A model generated the notes under the pieces. That model was not told where the DNA came from, did no database searches, and was given only the letters and a program-made list of their open reading frames with translations. A program made the position numbers and the translations under genes. From positions 1-35,437 of the IMG/VR virus record IMGVR_UViG_3300045988_182483: 35,437 bases of DNA; one strand, 5' to 3'. This DNA comes from a virus. Of this stretch, positions 8,601-17,420 are shown piece after piece. How positions within the stretch are numbered: position 1 is the stretch's first letter; every line of letters begins with the position of its first letter.

Positions 8601-11600
8601 CCAAGGTAGCGGCAGAAGCCTGTTCTTTATTTTGCACGGTTTGGCTCTTGTTATCCAATCTTTCGGCCAAGCGGTTTAGTTCCCCAAGCCGCAAGGAAAA
8701 GTCCGCCAAGTCGCGCTTTTCCACTACGCGGTAGCCTTTTTCTTCCAGTTCCAAAATGGCCTTTAAGGTTTTTTTGGCTTCGCGCGGGTCCCCCCACGCT
8801 TCACGCATAGTATCCATCAGGCTTTTGTAGTTTTCAAAATCGGCTATTTGCTTTTCCGTACCAATGGGATAAATAACCTCTCCGTTTAATGCGCGGTCTA
8901 TCAGGTCGTAAGCCTGTTGGTTGATACGGTCCTGCTCCTCGTAGGTGCGGCCCTCGGCCTCGGTTAGATAGCCGTGGTCGGCCAGCCAACGGGCGGGGTC
9001 GTCGCCAATGCCGCCTTTTTTGTTAAATACGCGGGCATTTTTATAGGCTTCTTTATCAATTTGTCCGGCGTTGGCGTATTCGGCCCCATAACGGCGCAAA
9101 TCTTTAAGCAAGTGGTTCGTGGGCAGTTTGGGCGCGGGCGCGTCCAACGTGCTGACCAAGTCTTTAATTTGCTCCAAGGTAAAATCACCCCGCGGGCTAC
9201 CTTGGCGGATGTTGTTAATTTGTTGTTTTAATTTATCCACCTTACCCGTAAACAGTTTACTGTCCACGCGGCGGGCTTCTTTGGCCAAGAGTTTATCAAA
9301 GAACTCTTGCACCTCGGGCGAAAGGTCCACGCCGGTTAAAGCACCGTAAATATCACGCAACCATGCGGCAAATTTTTCAAACAGGCTTTTATAGGCCGCA
9401 TTGGGGGCTTTGCCGTTGTGAAAGTATTTTTCGGCCTTGGTGGCAAAGTTTTCCCTAAACCCGCGGCGTACAAATTGGGCGGTCGTGTCGTTTTCGTCCA
9501 AAGAATCATTAAAGGCAAGCCGTTTGATGTATTCGTCCCCGCCACGCTCTTTAATGGTTTGTAAAACGCGGGCGCGGGCGGTATCGTTTAGCAGTTTGGT
9601 TTTGCCCAAATACTCCATTACAAAGGGCGCGCTGTCCGCGTGGATTTGCCGCAAGTCCTGCATCATTTGCAAAAATTCGGGCTCCGTGCTTACTTTTTCC
9701 GCCCGGTAAAGGTCACGCTCCCAAATGTGGAAATACTCGTGAACGGCGGTAAATTCGTTGGCCGACGTGCTGGCTACAATAATGGCGCGGTTGCTGTCTT
9801 GGGCAAAAACCACCTTACCCAAAAAGTCCGGCTGGGCCACATTTTGGCCAAAGTTAAACGAAGTATCCCCCTCGTCACTTTCTGCGTAAAGCGTATATCC
9901 ACGCGGGGTTTCGGCCGTTTTTAATGTGTTAAAAAAGCGGTCAAACGCGGCCGCAATAGCGGGCATTTCCGTATCGGTCGGGTACGGGAAACGTTCTTTC
10001 CCGCCTAAGTATGCTTCCGGATTTACAATGTTGGCCAAGTAATCGTTAGAGTGGCCCTCTTGCTTAGCCTTATAAACCAAATAACTTTCAAAGGCGCGGG
10101 CGGTCATTTCCGTGCGGGTACTCCAATAGGGCTTTGAACGCAATTTATCCAAGTTTACACTACGGTTGTAAAACGTGTCCGTAATGGCTTTTAATACGCC
10201 TTGGTAAGCCTCTTTCATTTCCGGGCGCAAGGCGCTGTTAGCCTTGGGGTTTTCCGAGGTCATTTCATTTTGCCCGTCCTGTCTGCTAAAATAGTTATCC
10301 AAGGCGTGCCACCATTCGTGGCCCAAACTGCCCGCACCGTTCTTTTTATTTAAGTTGATAACCACATGGTCGCGTTCGTAATGGGCCAGTTCATTGGCTT
10401 TGCCGCGCGCGCCAAAGGCCAGCCCCAGTGTGCCGTCCAAAGATACGGCCCGTGCCGGTATGCGGATAATATCTGCCATATCCAGCAGCGCATCATAGGC
10501 ATTATTTAAGTCCTGCGCGCGGCGTTCCTGCTCCACCCAGTTGCCAAACTGTACGCCGCGGAAGCCAAACTCTTGGCTAAACCGCTCCGGCGTAATCACC
10601 GTTCCGGCGGGGCGGTATTCCTTGCCCACGCGCGGCGCGTTGGTATCGCGGCGGACGGGGTAAATTTTGCGTTTTTCGGCCAATAGCGCTTCTAAATGCG
10701 CTTGGTTTTTAGTCAAAAAATCAAACGCATCTTTTACGCGCTCAAAGCCACCCTTTAAGTCAATAAATTTGCCCGTGGCAATTTTCTTGCCAATGATAAT
10801 TTCGCCCGTATCGCGCCTTTGATAGACGTCCAATTTGGTAGGTGCTTTGGCGGGCGCGGCCGTTTCGGTCAGCATTTTGCGGGCCAGCGCCACCATTTCG
10901 GCCCTGTTTTGCGAACCGGCCACCCGTTTATATCCGCGTTCCAATTCATAGATAGTAGTAGGCGTATTAAAGCGTGTGTCGCCGTACATTAGATAATCAC
11001 TACTGCGCAACGTATAGTCCTTGGCCTTAGTAAATGCCGGATAGCCGATTTCCAAATAAAAGGCCACGCGGTTGTGGATAGCATCCGTTTTGTCTGTTTC
11101 TTTGAACAGGTTTACCATTTCCGGATGTTGCAACACTTGGTTGGCCGTTTCGCGTGCGGCTTTTAAGCCTTCTGCCCAACGGGCCGCACGGCCCAACAGT
11201 TGCGGTTTGGCGGGTATAGAATCGCGCAAAGCCTTTACAATAGCCAGTTGCTCGGTAGTAATGCCCTTGGCTATGGCCGCTTCATAATTCGGCTCCGGGA
11301 AGTATTGGGATAGCGTAATTTTGCGCACGTCGGCAGGCAGTTCACTCGTCATAGCGGCGCGGTACTTGCCCCACATATCCTTGCGGGCCCCTAAAATCTT
11401 TTCGCCAAAATCCTCTATGCGCTCGGGCTTGCCCGTGGGGGTAAAGGGCGGCAAGTCTTGCTTTAATTCTTCTTCACTAAACAGCCCGTCCGCCGCTTCT
11501 TTGAGTTCGCTGTCCTCTTGCGTAAGTTCGGTCCGTTCCTCCGCGTTGGCTTGCGTATCAAACAAACTCTGCTGTTTATCAAACAGGTTTTGTTGGATAT

Positions 11601-14547
11601 TAAATAAATTTTCCTGCAACAGTTCAGACGAGCCGGAGCCTTTCCCCGAAACATTGTTATTATATTTAGCTATTTTGCGCTTGACAAACCGCACTAAATC
11701 ACCTATACTATTAGTGTACCGCTGTTGGCTGGGGTTATTGATAACGCCAGAGTTACCAGCGGTATATTTATTTTCTTCCGTCTGCAAATCATATAAGTGT
11801 AAATCAGACAAAACTCCGTCTTGTTTGCTCACAAACATAGCATAATATGTTTTTCCACGGTAATTAAAAATATTTCCATAGCGTAGAATAGTCCGGCCAG
11901 GAACATTTTTTACATCTTTGTGCGAAAGAATAAGTTGTGCTGTTTCAAACACATTAAGGGCTTGTGCAACTTGCTCGCCTACATCGTGGTATAACTGCCG
12001 GCGTTCTTCGGTTTGCAGATTATGCTTATTTGCATAATCTTTGGCCGCCGTTATGCTGGTATTTTGCATTTTTTTTACAGAACTGCGACTGAGCAAAAAT
12101 ATTTTTCCGTCCTTTTTAATAGTTATTTGCTCTTTCTTGCCAAAAACCGAATCAATAAGTTGTTTTTTCCCATCAGCCGTATTTTGGGCCATTGGTAAAA
12201 AATCACTCCTTAATTCCACGGGCTTAAATGGTTTAAGGTTCGGATTCATTTCCAACAGGATAGCCTCGCCAGTTTGCTGGTTGTGAATTTCGGTAATTTC
12301 TTCCGGATTTTGCCGGATATTAAATAAATTTTCCTGCAACAGTTCAGACGGATTTTTTGTCTTTCCGCTTTCTTGGGCCTTGACAACATCCTCTTTATTA
12401 GTTATCCTATCTGTACTGGAGCCCTGCCTCAAAGTGCTTAAATGCGCGGAGGCGGGGTTCCTTTTTACACGTACGTTATACAGGTCTAACAAATTTTTAT
12501 CCTGCCCTTTTACGCGTTCCGTAGCTAATTCCACTAAGAAAGGCTCTTTCCCAATTTTTACCAAGGCTTGGAAATACACATATTCTTCTACATTAGCCTT
12601 ATGGGCCAATGTTTTTTTACTGGTATTATGGGACGCGTCCACCTCACCCTTTCTGTCCGTTTTTTGGGCCACATTAACAATTTTTTCCAACGTGGTCAGG
12701 GCGGTTTGGTGGCGTTTTAATTGGCCCCATTTTAACTGGATATTGGAGTTTTTAATATGCAGTTTATTTTCTTTTGTAATTTGTATTTGCAAGGGCGGGG
12801 TTGCCGTATCCATAGCAGAGCCGATAAGGGTGTTCAAGGCAAATTCCACTTTTTCGGCGCGCTGGTCTGCCGGCAATTTGGCAATGTCAGCAAACGGGTC
12901 CGTTAAATCTACCACATTTTTATTTATGCTTTCCTGCAACAAAAAATCCTTTTCTGTTAGCCCCGATTCCGCCAGTTTGCGGTCAAATTCCGCATCGGCG
13001 GCCGCCTTTGCTTGCGCTTTGCGGGCTTGCTGTTCCTCGTATTCGCGCTTCCATTGTTCGTGCTGGGCGGCCACGGCATCCTGTACGGCTTGGGTATTGT
13101 CTTGCACGGGGGCATTTTCAAAATCCACTTCCGTCATTTCAAACTCGCCCGGTTTCAGGCCCGCCACGTTCAGCACGCTGTTGGCGCGGCTTTGTTCCAA
13201 GTTGCCCATCAGTGCCGCGCTGGTCGTATCGTAGCCGGCGGCCAAGGCTTTTTGCTCCGTGCGTTCCGCCACCTCATACATTTTGCGGGTGGTTTCCCTG
13301 TCTGGGTTGCGCGCTTTATCAACGGACTCCTTAAACGCCTGCGCCCCTTGTTCCACATCCCCATGGGGGTAAACAAGCGGGCTGGTGGCGTTGGATAAAA
13401 TCTTATGCACTTGCGCGTTATTTTCAGGTGTGGCCGTTTCTTTGGCCATATTCAGGGCCATTTTATCCGCCGTTTCTTTTTTAATGCCTTTGTCTTGCAG
13501 TTTTTTGCTTGCACGGTTCACCAACGTAGCCACAGGTACCGCCGTTAAAGAGCCAATAACAAACGAATACCCAATGCCCTGTAAGGTGTCGGCCAATTCC
13601 TGCTGGCGGCCGCCAAAGTTTTGCATAATAATTTCTTCGGCGGTCTGTTGGGCGGCTTCTTCGCTGCCTTCACTCAAGGCCGATGCGGCAATACGCCCCA
13701 ATACGCCCGTTTTGGTTAAACTCTTAAACAGCATTTCCATACCCAGTAGTTCAATGCCGCCCTCAAATGCGCCGCCGGCAAGGCCGGCGCGTAATGCCCG
13801 CTCCGGAGCAACCCCATTTTGCAAGGCTTCTTCATAGTCCTGCTGTCCGGCCGTAGTGCCAAAGGCAATAGCGGCCGCCGCGGGGCTGCCCGTCAGCACC
13901 GTAAGGCCAATGGCCGCCATAAGGCTACCGCCAGCGCCAAATAAATCGTACAGGAAGCCGTCCCTTTCGTCCTTTGCAATGCCGGCCAGTTCGCGGAATT
14001 TGGCGTGGTTTTGGCTCATTACCAGTAAGGCATCCCGCCCCAATTTGCGGTTATGCTCATAATCTTGACGGATTTGGTTAAATTCCTGCTCTGCTTGTGC
14101 CGATAAAGCCTCCTTCCGGCTTTCCAAGTCTGGGGCTTGTTCATTTAACTGTTGGTATAATTCCCTGTATTTTTTGCGGGCCGCGCTGTCTTGCTTCATA
14201 TATTCGTATTCGTCTAATATGGCGCCGATACCCCCCGCCATAAGGCGCTCGCCGGCCTGCCACATAGACACGCCCGAATCGGCCACCGCGCGCAAAGGCG
14301 TTTTCCACCAGCGGTGTGTCGTATCGGGGATGCTTTCGTCCAAGCGTTTGAACGCAAAAAAATTATCTTTTGCCTTTTTGTAAAGCTCCGTTTGCAAGGC
14401 GTAGTTTACTTCTTCCGCCCGTTGCAACGTGGTATTTACAATTAACTGTTCTTCGGGCAAATAGATGCTTCTGCGCTCCGGTTCCAAGGCGGCAAACGGT
14501 GCGGGGGTGGTGAAAGGGGTTTTAGCGGTTTGTTCTTGTTCGTTCAT
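5614..14547 (-). CDS. Giant 2,977-aa internal-virion / polyvalent effector protein with two zincin (HExxH) modules
   Basis: Uninterrupted ORF. ATGA-coupled to the upstream gene. Motifs IEDFGEKILGARKD, FGFRGVQFGNWV, GSLGHEWWHALD, TAVHEYFHIWE, FRENFATKAEKYFHNGKAPN. Gly/Ala hydrophobic N-region and hydrophobic C-region. Confidence 0.8.
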   Translation of the reverse strand: MNEQEQTAKTPFTTPAPFAALEPERRSIYLPEEQLIVNTTLQRAEEVNYALQTELYKKAKDNFFAFKRLDESIPDTTHRWWKTPLRAVADSGVSMWQAGERLMAGGIGAILDEYEYMKQDSAARKKYRELYQQLNEQAPDLESRKEALSAQAEQEFNQIRQDYEHNRKLGRDALLVMSQNHAKFRELAGIAKDERDGFLYDLFGAGGSLMAAIGLTVLTGSPAAAAIAFGTTAGQQDYEEALQNGVAPERALRAGLAGGAFEGGIELLGMEMLFKSLTKTGVLGRIAASALSEGSEEAAQQTAEEIIMQNFGGRQQELADTLQGIGYSFVIGSLTAVPVATLVNRASKKLQDKGIKKETADKMALNMAKETATPENNAQVHKILSNATSPLVYPHGDVEQGAQAFKESVDKARNPDRETTRKMYEVAERTEQKALAAGYDTTSAALMGNLEQSRANSVLNVAGLKPGEFEMTEVDFENAPVQDNTQAVQDAVAAQHEQWKREYEEQQARKAQAKAAADAEFDRKLAESGLTEKDFLLQESINKNVVDLTDPFADIAKLPADQRAEKVEFALNTLIGSAMDTATPPLQIQITKENKLHIKNSNIQLKWGQLKRHQTALTTLEKIVNVAQKTDRKGEVDASHNTSKKTLAHKANVEEYVYFQALVKIGKEPFLVELATERVKGQDKNLLDLYNVRVKRNPASAHLSTLRQGSSTDRITNKEDVVKAQESGKTKNPSELLQENLFNIRQNPEEITEIHNQQTGEAILLEMNPNLKPFKPVELRSDFLPMAQNTADGKKQLIDSVFGKKEQITIKKDGKIFLLSRSSVKKMQNTSITAAKDYANKHNLQTEERRQLYHDVGEQVAQALNVFETAQLILSHKDVKNVPGRTILRYGNIFNYRGKTYYAMFVSKQDGVLSDLHLYDLQTEENKYTAGNSGVINNPSQQRYTNSIGDLVRFVKRKIAKYNNNVSGKGSGSSELLQENLFNIQQNLFDKQQSLFDTQANAEERTELTQEDSELKEAADGLFSEEELKQDLPPFTPTGKPERIEDFGEKILGARKDMWGKYRAAMTSELPADVRKITLSQYFPEPNYEAAIAKGITTEQLAIVKALRDSIPAKPQLLGRAARWAEGLKAARETANQVLQHPEMVNLFKETDKTDAIHNRVAFYLEIGYPAFTKAKDYTLRSSDYLMYGDTRFNTPTTIYELERGYKRVAGSQNRAEMVALARKMLTETAAPAKAPTKLDVYQRRDTGEIIIGKKIATGKFIDLKGGFERVKDAFDFLTKNQAHLEALLAEKRKIYPVRRDTNAPRVGKEYRPAGTVITPERFSQEFGFRGVQFGNWVEQERRAQDLNNAYDALLDMADIIRIPARAVSLDGTLGLAFGARGKANELAHYERDHVVINLNKKNGAGSLGHEWWHALDNYFSRQDGQNEMTSENPKANSALRPEMKEAYQGVLKAITDTFYNRSVNLDKLRSKPYWSTRTEMTARAFESYLVYKAKQEGHSNDYLANIVNPEAYLGGKERFPYPTDTEMPAIAAAFDRFFNTLKTAETPRGYTLYAESDEGDTSFNFGQNVAQPDFLGKVVFAQDSNRAIIVASTSANEFTAVHEYFHIWERDLYRAEKVSTEPEFLQMMQDLRQIHADSAPFVMEYLGKTKLLNDTARARVLQTIKERGGDEYIKRLAFNDSLDENDTTAQFVRRGFRENFATKAEKYFHNGKAPNAAYKSLFEKFAAWLRDIYGALTGVDLSPEVQEFFDKLLAKEARRVDSKLFTGKVDKLKQQINNIRQGSPRGDFTLEQIKDLVSTLDAPAPKLPTNHLLKDLRRYGAEYANAGQIDKEAYKNARVFNKKGGIGDDPARWLADHGYLTEAEGRTYEEQDRINQQAYDLIDRALNGEVIYPIGTEKQIADFENYKSLMDTMREAWGDPREAKKTLKAILELEEKGYRVVEKRDLADFSLRLGELNRLAERLDNKSQTVQNKEQASAATLDAARKIKRHLITELNKRQIEGKDGLIKQLEKAKTFEEIQTAAAGALDFLEDAYDRTNEGQEERRRTDLPNTNWDNVRAELLRAYSESIGHVDEKIQQAWRVLNMASSGQLKLYENLTDEEVAHRRTAAEKVLKEAEPKLEAALMRAMESVLRKQGGLESDQVRRLVAKYARSASRQRSLWKHEIDELIKQTREIQEDNYKQYMNKKIQALLNMNLFDRRGNFRRAMTDPTTMSALEELRRVAHLGPQSAADELQNRMLVDKPNSLIDRIINEMLSIQAYARKDVTCQLFKQAYEDIHSLRKAGREAKILEKMIKDFRTEQDKSEVLGAIKKNKKAGKLKQMYASWIANWESFLDMVTDKETKEKYSMLNLEADTITYTWQRRTEIMDGVKRIYGLGSNREVQNKMNALRNEKYTFTNYALVDKNTNPGAIKRTGEAFPEELNKLQIITAYIYAKNDNLMDRLLNQYGGQLNDMFALLDKQDRALGDFLQKEAEKTYAQINSVFVKERGYDLPRVENYFPSKTERVESELDFLNAAAAMSKNPSFTKMRASSAFVQMKLENPFGILFTHIDRAADYTFKAEKLNQIIRVFKSPVLKPAIIEQVGEDCYKRMLELIDQFSVSKPRLNYEMDKLGDWLTNNYVKGAIALKPTIAVKQLISSINYAENMPATQWVSGFTKAIMHPKETVEFMMSGDPYLKARYESGSMNEALARATADANALTARGKFLRFTDLLTINTRLGDVGAIMFGGKPYVDYLMQTKGMSKKEAFAEFRKSTLRSQQANTRSSLSTLQARDMNFIVRGLFAFKNTPAQYARKIADAIYEYQRGEISRAQLAKVVAIYGLFNSWMYSALTTLGILAWYYDDDDADEILADELFFSPFVQMAGCLPVLDMAVGTAAEVAKAKMFDHKVRMERPELPVVSDLFKMGQTAVKDDLAAEDVLNMLVESGQLIGGLPTKYAKGFYTGAGDIAGGENPMRGFLQMLGYTENRAHIATNTKE
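9727..9741 (-). other. HExxH motif 2 (HEYFH) inside the giant ORF
   Basis: Reverse complement reads CAC GAG TAT TTC CAC. Confidence 0.9.
10306..10320 (-). other. HExxH motif 1 (HEWWH) inside the giant ORF
   Basis: Reverse complement reads CAC GAA TGG TGG CAC. Confidence 0.9.
11595..11630. repeat. 36-bp perfect direct repeat, copy A (encodes SELLQENLFNI)
   Basis: ggatattaaataaattttcctgcaacagttcagacg is identical to 12315-12350. Confidence 0.95.
12315..12350. repeat. 36-bp perfect direct repeat, copy B, exactly 720 bp from copy A
   Basis: Identical to 11595-11630. The offset is 240 codons, in frame. Confidence 0.95.
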
Positions 14548-16388
14548 AAAAGTTGCCTGTGTAATACATTGTTGTTCTTATCGCGTTTTACTAAATACGC
14601 GGTGTCGTTTATTTCTTCATAGCGGTAGCCGGTTATATTGTTTTGCAAGGCTATTCCCAAATTAGGGTTTGGTTTAATACCGTAGGACTTAAATGTATTT
14701 TCTCCCACCTGTACGTCCATTACGTCATTACGGTTTATGGTATATCGGTTATCCATATATTGTTTGGCTACCTCCTGTACGGCTTGTTTGGCCAAATTTA
14801 GGGTGTCAGGGTCTTCGGCAAGTAAATTGATGTTTTTTCTTTGCAAAGCCCAAACGGTTTGCTCAATAATAAAACTTTTTTCTTCGGGTAAGAAAAACCC
14901 GCCTATGTTGTAGTCTTCGTAGTTCTTTACTTCGCGTTCTTTTAGTAAAGAAATCCCCTCTACTTCCATGGGGGCCAAACGGCTGGTTGAACCCGCTTCC
15001 CCGCGCACTTTGCCGCCATTAGAAAGCAAATTAGCCTGCCGGACGACCTCGCCATAAACCGTATCGTTGGGTTTGGCTTGCATAGTGCCCAGCGCTTGGC
15101 GCAGTTGGGCCAAATGTTGCTTGGCGGTTTGCGTATCGTTCGTGTTAAAGGCATGGTGCTTAATGGCTCCGTCCAAAGCGGCAATGGTAGCCAACACGGT
15201 TTGCGGGTTGTTCATATCCTTATTGCCTATTTTGGGCGCCTTACCGCTTTTTATTTCCCATTCATACGCGGCAAATTCGCGCTCCACATTTTGCCAGTTC
15301 AAACGTTTGATTTGTCCGGCGCGGGTGTCTGGGCTGTCTAACAAATTATTTTGCACCCATTTGGCATATTCCAAAAGCCCCTTGGCATCCAACGGGCCAA
15401 AGTTTTGGCTGTATTGGGTAAGCGCACTGGCGGGGTTGCGCAAAAGTTGCACAATTTCTTCCTGCAAGGCTTCCGGCTCTTTTTGTGCCATAGCCAAAGC
15501 ACGCTCATAAAGCGGGGCAACCTGTGCGTGGGTAGCCCCTTGCACTTTGGTTTGTTCGGCCTTGTTAATAAGGTTATTTAAGCGGTTGTAATCGTCCGGC
15601 AGTAAGTCTTTCTTTACGCCGTCAAGCACCTGCCTAGCCGCGCGCACATTGGCGTTTATAATGGCCCCGTTTACCGCGGCCGATACGTTGTCGCTCGCCT
15701 GCATATAACGCGCCAGTTGTAATTCCTCGGCGGATAGCCCGCGGCCTTGGCCGTTTTCGTCCGCAATTTTATAGACACTATCCAAATGTGCGCGCATATC
15801 CTGCGGGGTGGAAATCCCACCGGCCATACCGGCCGCGCTCTTATAAAATGCCTGCGCGGCCTTATCGGCACTTTGGCGTTCCTCGTTTAGTTGGTGTACT
15901 ATCGTGCGGTTATAACTCTCCTCAAAACTGCGGGCCAAGGTTTGGCGCACAAAAGCGGCTTCCTCGGGCGTTTTGGCCATAGCGGTATATTTACTTACCA
16001 GTTGGCCGCCTTGGGTATAATAATCGCGGGCGGTGCCCTCGGCATCTTTTAATTTGCGCCCCAAAAAACCGGCGCTTACCGTTTTTCCGTTTTCGTCTAA
16101 TTTTCCGTTTAACAGCTCATTATTTTCCCGTTCAAACCCCAATAAAATTTCACTTTGGCGCGCCACACTTTCACGCTTTTGGCGGCGTTGTTCGGCTAAG
16201 GCTAATTGTTCGTGCAAGGTTTTTTCCCCATGGGCCCACGGGTCACCTGCCTGCGCCAGTTGTGCGCCTATACGGGCCACATTTTGCGCTCCGTTGTCAA
16301 ATAGTTCCGGCTCCGCCGCACGCACCGTATGGCCGGCCGCGCGGGTGGCGTGTAATACGGCTTGGTTTTTATAAACGGGTACTTGCAT
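14544..16388 (-). CDS. Internal virion (core/ejection) protein, 614 aa
   Basis: Position between portal-proximal small proteins and the giant ORF. Helical Ala/Gln/Glu-rich sequence. No enzymatic motif recognised. Confidence 0.5.
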   Translation of the reverse strand: MQVPVYKNQAVLHATRAAGHTVRAAEPELFDNGAQNVARIGAQLAQAGDPWAHGEKTLHEQLALAEQRRQKRESVARQSEILLGFERENNELLNGKLDENGKTVSAGFLGRKLKDAEGTARDYYTQGGQLVSKYTAMAKTPEEAAFVRQTLARSFEESYNRTIVHQLNEERQSADKAAQAFYKSAAGMAGGISTPQDMRAHLDSVYKIADENGQGRGLSAEELQLARYMQASDNVSAAVNGAIINANVRAARQVLDGVKKDLLPDDYNRLNNLINKAEQTKVQGATHAQVAPLYERALAMAQKEPEALQEEIVQLLRNPASALTQYSQNFGPLDAKGLLEYAKWVQNNLLDSPDTRAGQIKRLNWQNVEREFAAYEWEIKSGKAPKIGNKDMNNPQTVLATIAALDGAIKHHAFNTNDTQTAKQHLAQLRQALGTMQAKPNDTVYGEVVRQANLLSNGGKVRGEAGSTSRLAPMEVEGISLLKEREVKNYEDYNIGGFFLPEEKSFIIEQTVWALQRKNINLLAEDPDTLNLAKQAVQEVAKQYMDNRYTINRNDVMDVQVGENTFKSYGIKPNPNLGIALQNNITGYRYEEINDTAYLVKRDKNNNVLHRQLL

Positions 16389-16390
16389 AA

Positions 16391-16801
16391 CTAATCCCCC
16401 AAGCGGCTCTTTTTCCCGCTGGCAGCCGCGCCCAACAACAAGTTGCTGTTTTGGCTGCTTAATGTGGAAATATAGCCCCTGCGTTTTTTATTTTTTTCGT
16501 CCGTAGAAAGGCTCTCCGCCGCGTTGTCGGCCACCTGTTCCCCGCCTTGTGCGGCGGCTATGGCCCGCGCTTCTTCGTTCGCGCGTTGTTGTTCGGCTTC
16601 TGCTCTCTGGGCTGATTGTTGGCCCTTGTATGCGTTTTCACCCTGCACACCTGTTCCGGCGGCAACCGCCCCCCCTAGCGCTAGTGCGGCGGGTAATGTA
16701 GCACCGCCCGTAAACGCGGCCAGTCCGGCCAAAGCGCCCGCACCAATATAGCCGCCAAAGCGGCCCAACGGTTTTTTTACTTTTTTGCTCCACCAACTCA
16801 T
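16391..16801 (-). CDS. Gly/Ala-rich small virion membrane-active protein (start moved to MSWWSKK)
   Basis: AGGAGGG SD before the ATG at 16801. GGYIGAGALAGLAAFTGGATLPAALALGGAVAAGTG glycine-zipper-like segment. Confidence 0.5.
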   Translation of the reverse strand: MSWWSKKVKKPLGRFGGYIGAGALAGLAAFTGGATLPAALALGGAVAAGTGVQGENAYKGQQSAQRAEAEQQRANEEARAIAAAQGGEQVADNAAESLSTDEKNKKRRGYISTLSSQNSNLLLGAAASGKKSRLGD

Positions 16802-16826
16802 CTTTTCCCTCCTGTTAAAAAGCCTT

Positions 16827-17390
16827 TTAAGCTGTTTGGTTGCGTTTCTTTTCGTCTTGCAAATTATCAAAAATCAACCCGCCTGTTTGCACCGCACCCG
16901 TTAAAAGGGTGCCCAACATCTTAAACTTGGCATTGTAGCGCGCCTGTCTGGCGGCAATATCAGCCAATTTGGCTTGGCTTCTTAAACTGGCCGATTCCAA
17001 CGCGCCCTGCTTATTTTGCTCAAAGGCTTGGGTTTCCGCTTGATAGCGCAATAAATTTTCGTCTTCTTTTAGGGCACGCTCACTACTGGAAAGCACCGCC
17101 TGCGCACTGGCGCTGGATAAATCCATGCCACTTGCCGCCATAGCGGCCTTGGCAGAACCTTCCGTTGCCTCACCCTGTTGGCGCAACTGGTGTATTTGGT
17201 TGGCGGCGCTTTCGTTAATATAAGCCGTCTGGCGTGCGGTTTGTATGTCATTTATATCGGCATTGGCAAGGTTGGTTTCTTTAAGCGCTTTGTAATAGGC
17301 GCGCTTTTGTTTTCCTGCCAAATACTGGCTTGCCACGCCGGAAAACGTATCCATTGTCTGTTGCATTACTTTTATTGTTGGGAACGCCAT
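16827..17390 (-). CDS. Internal virion protein, 187 aa
   Basis: SD AGGAGA. Helical sequence with AAMAASGMDLSSASAQ segment. Position downstream of portal. Confidence 0.45.
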   Translation of the reverse strand: MAFPTIKVMQQTMDTFSGVASQYLAGKQKRAYYKALKETNLANADINDIQTARQTAYINESAANQIHQLRQQGEATEGSAKAAMAASGMDLSSASAQAVLSSSERALKEDENLLRYQAETQAFEQNKQGALESASLRSQAKLADIAARQARYNAKFKMLGTLLTGAVQTGGLIFDNLQDEKKRNQTA

Positions 17391-17420
17391 GTGTATCTCC
17401 TGTTTTTATTTTTTGCGCGC

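Noticed and set aside
11595-12350. Possibility that the repeat pair is a diversity-generating retroelement TR/VR pair
   Set aside because: The copies are identical (no A-specific mismatches) and only 36 bp long, and no reverse transcriptase is encoded anywhere in the genome.
12380-13234. 284-aa plus-strand ORF, and similar long plus-strand ORFs at 539-1129, 2914-3420, 11321-11845, 13385-13837, 22183-22797, 23655-24527, 28184-28678 and 30077-30760
   Set aside because: All lie antisense to strongly supported, tightly coupled minus-strand genes. They have Ser/Ala/Cys/Leu-rich shadow-frame composition, no Shine-Dalgarno and no recognisable motifs. Treated as antisense artefacts.
5614-14547. Giant ORF as a virion RNA polymerase (N4- or crAss-like)
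   Set aside because: I found no DxDGD / NADFDGD-type or T7-like polymerase motifs. The only Asp cluster (YYDDDDADE) sits in a hydrophobic C-terminal region. Early and late genes have sigma70-like promoters, so host RNAP use is likely.
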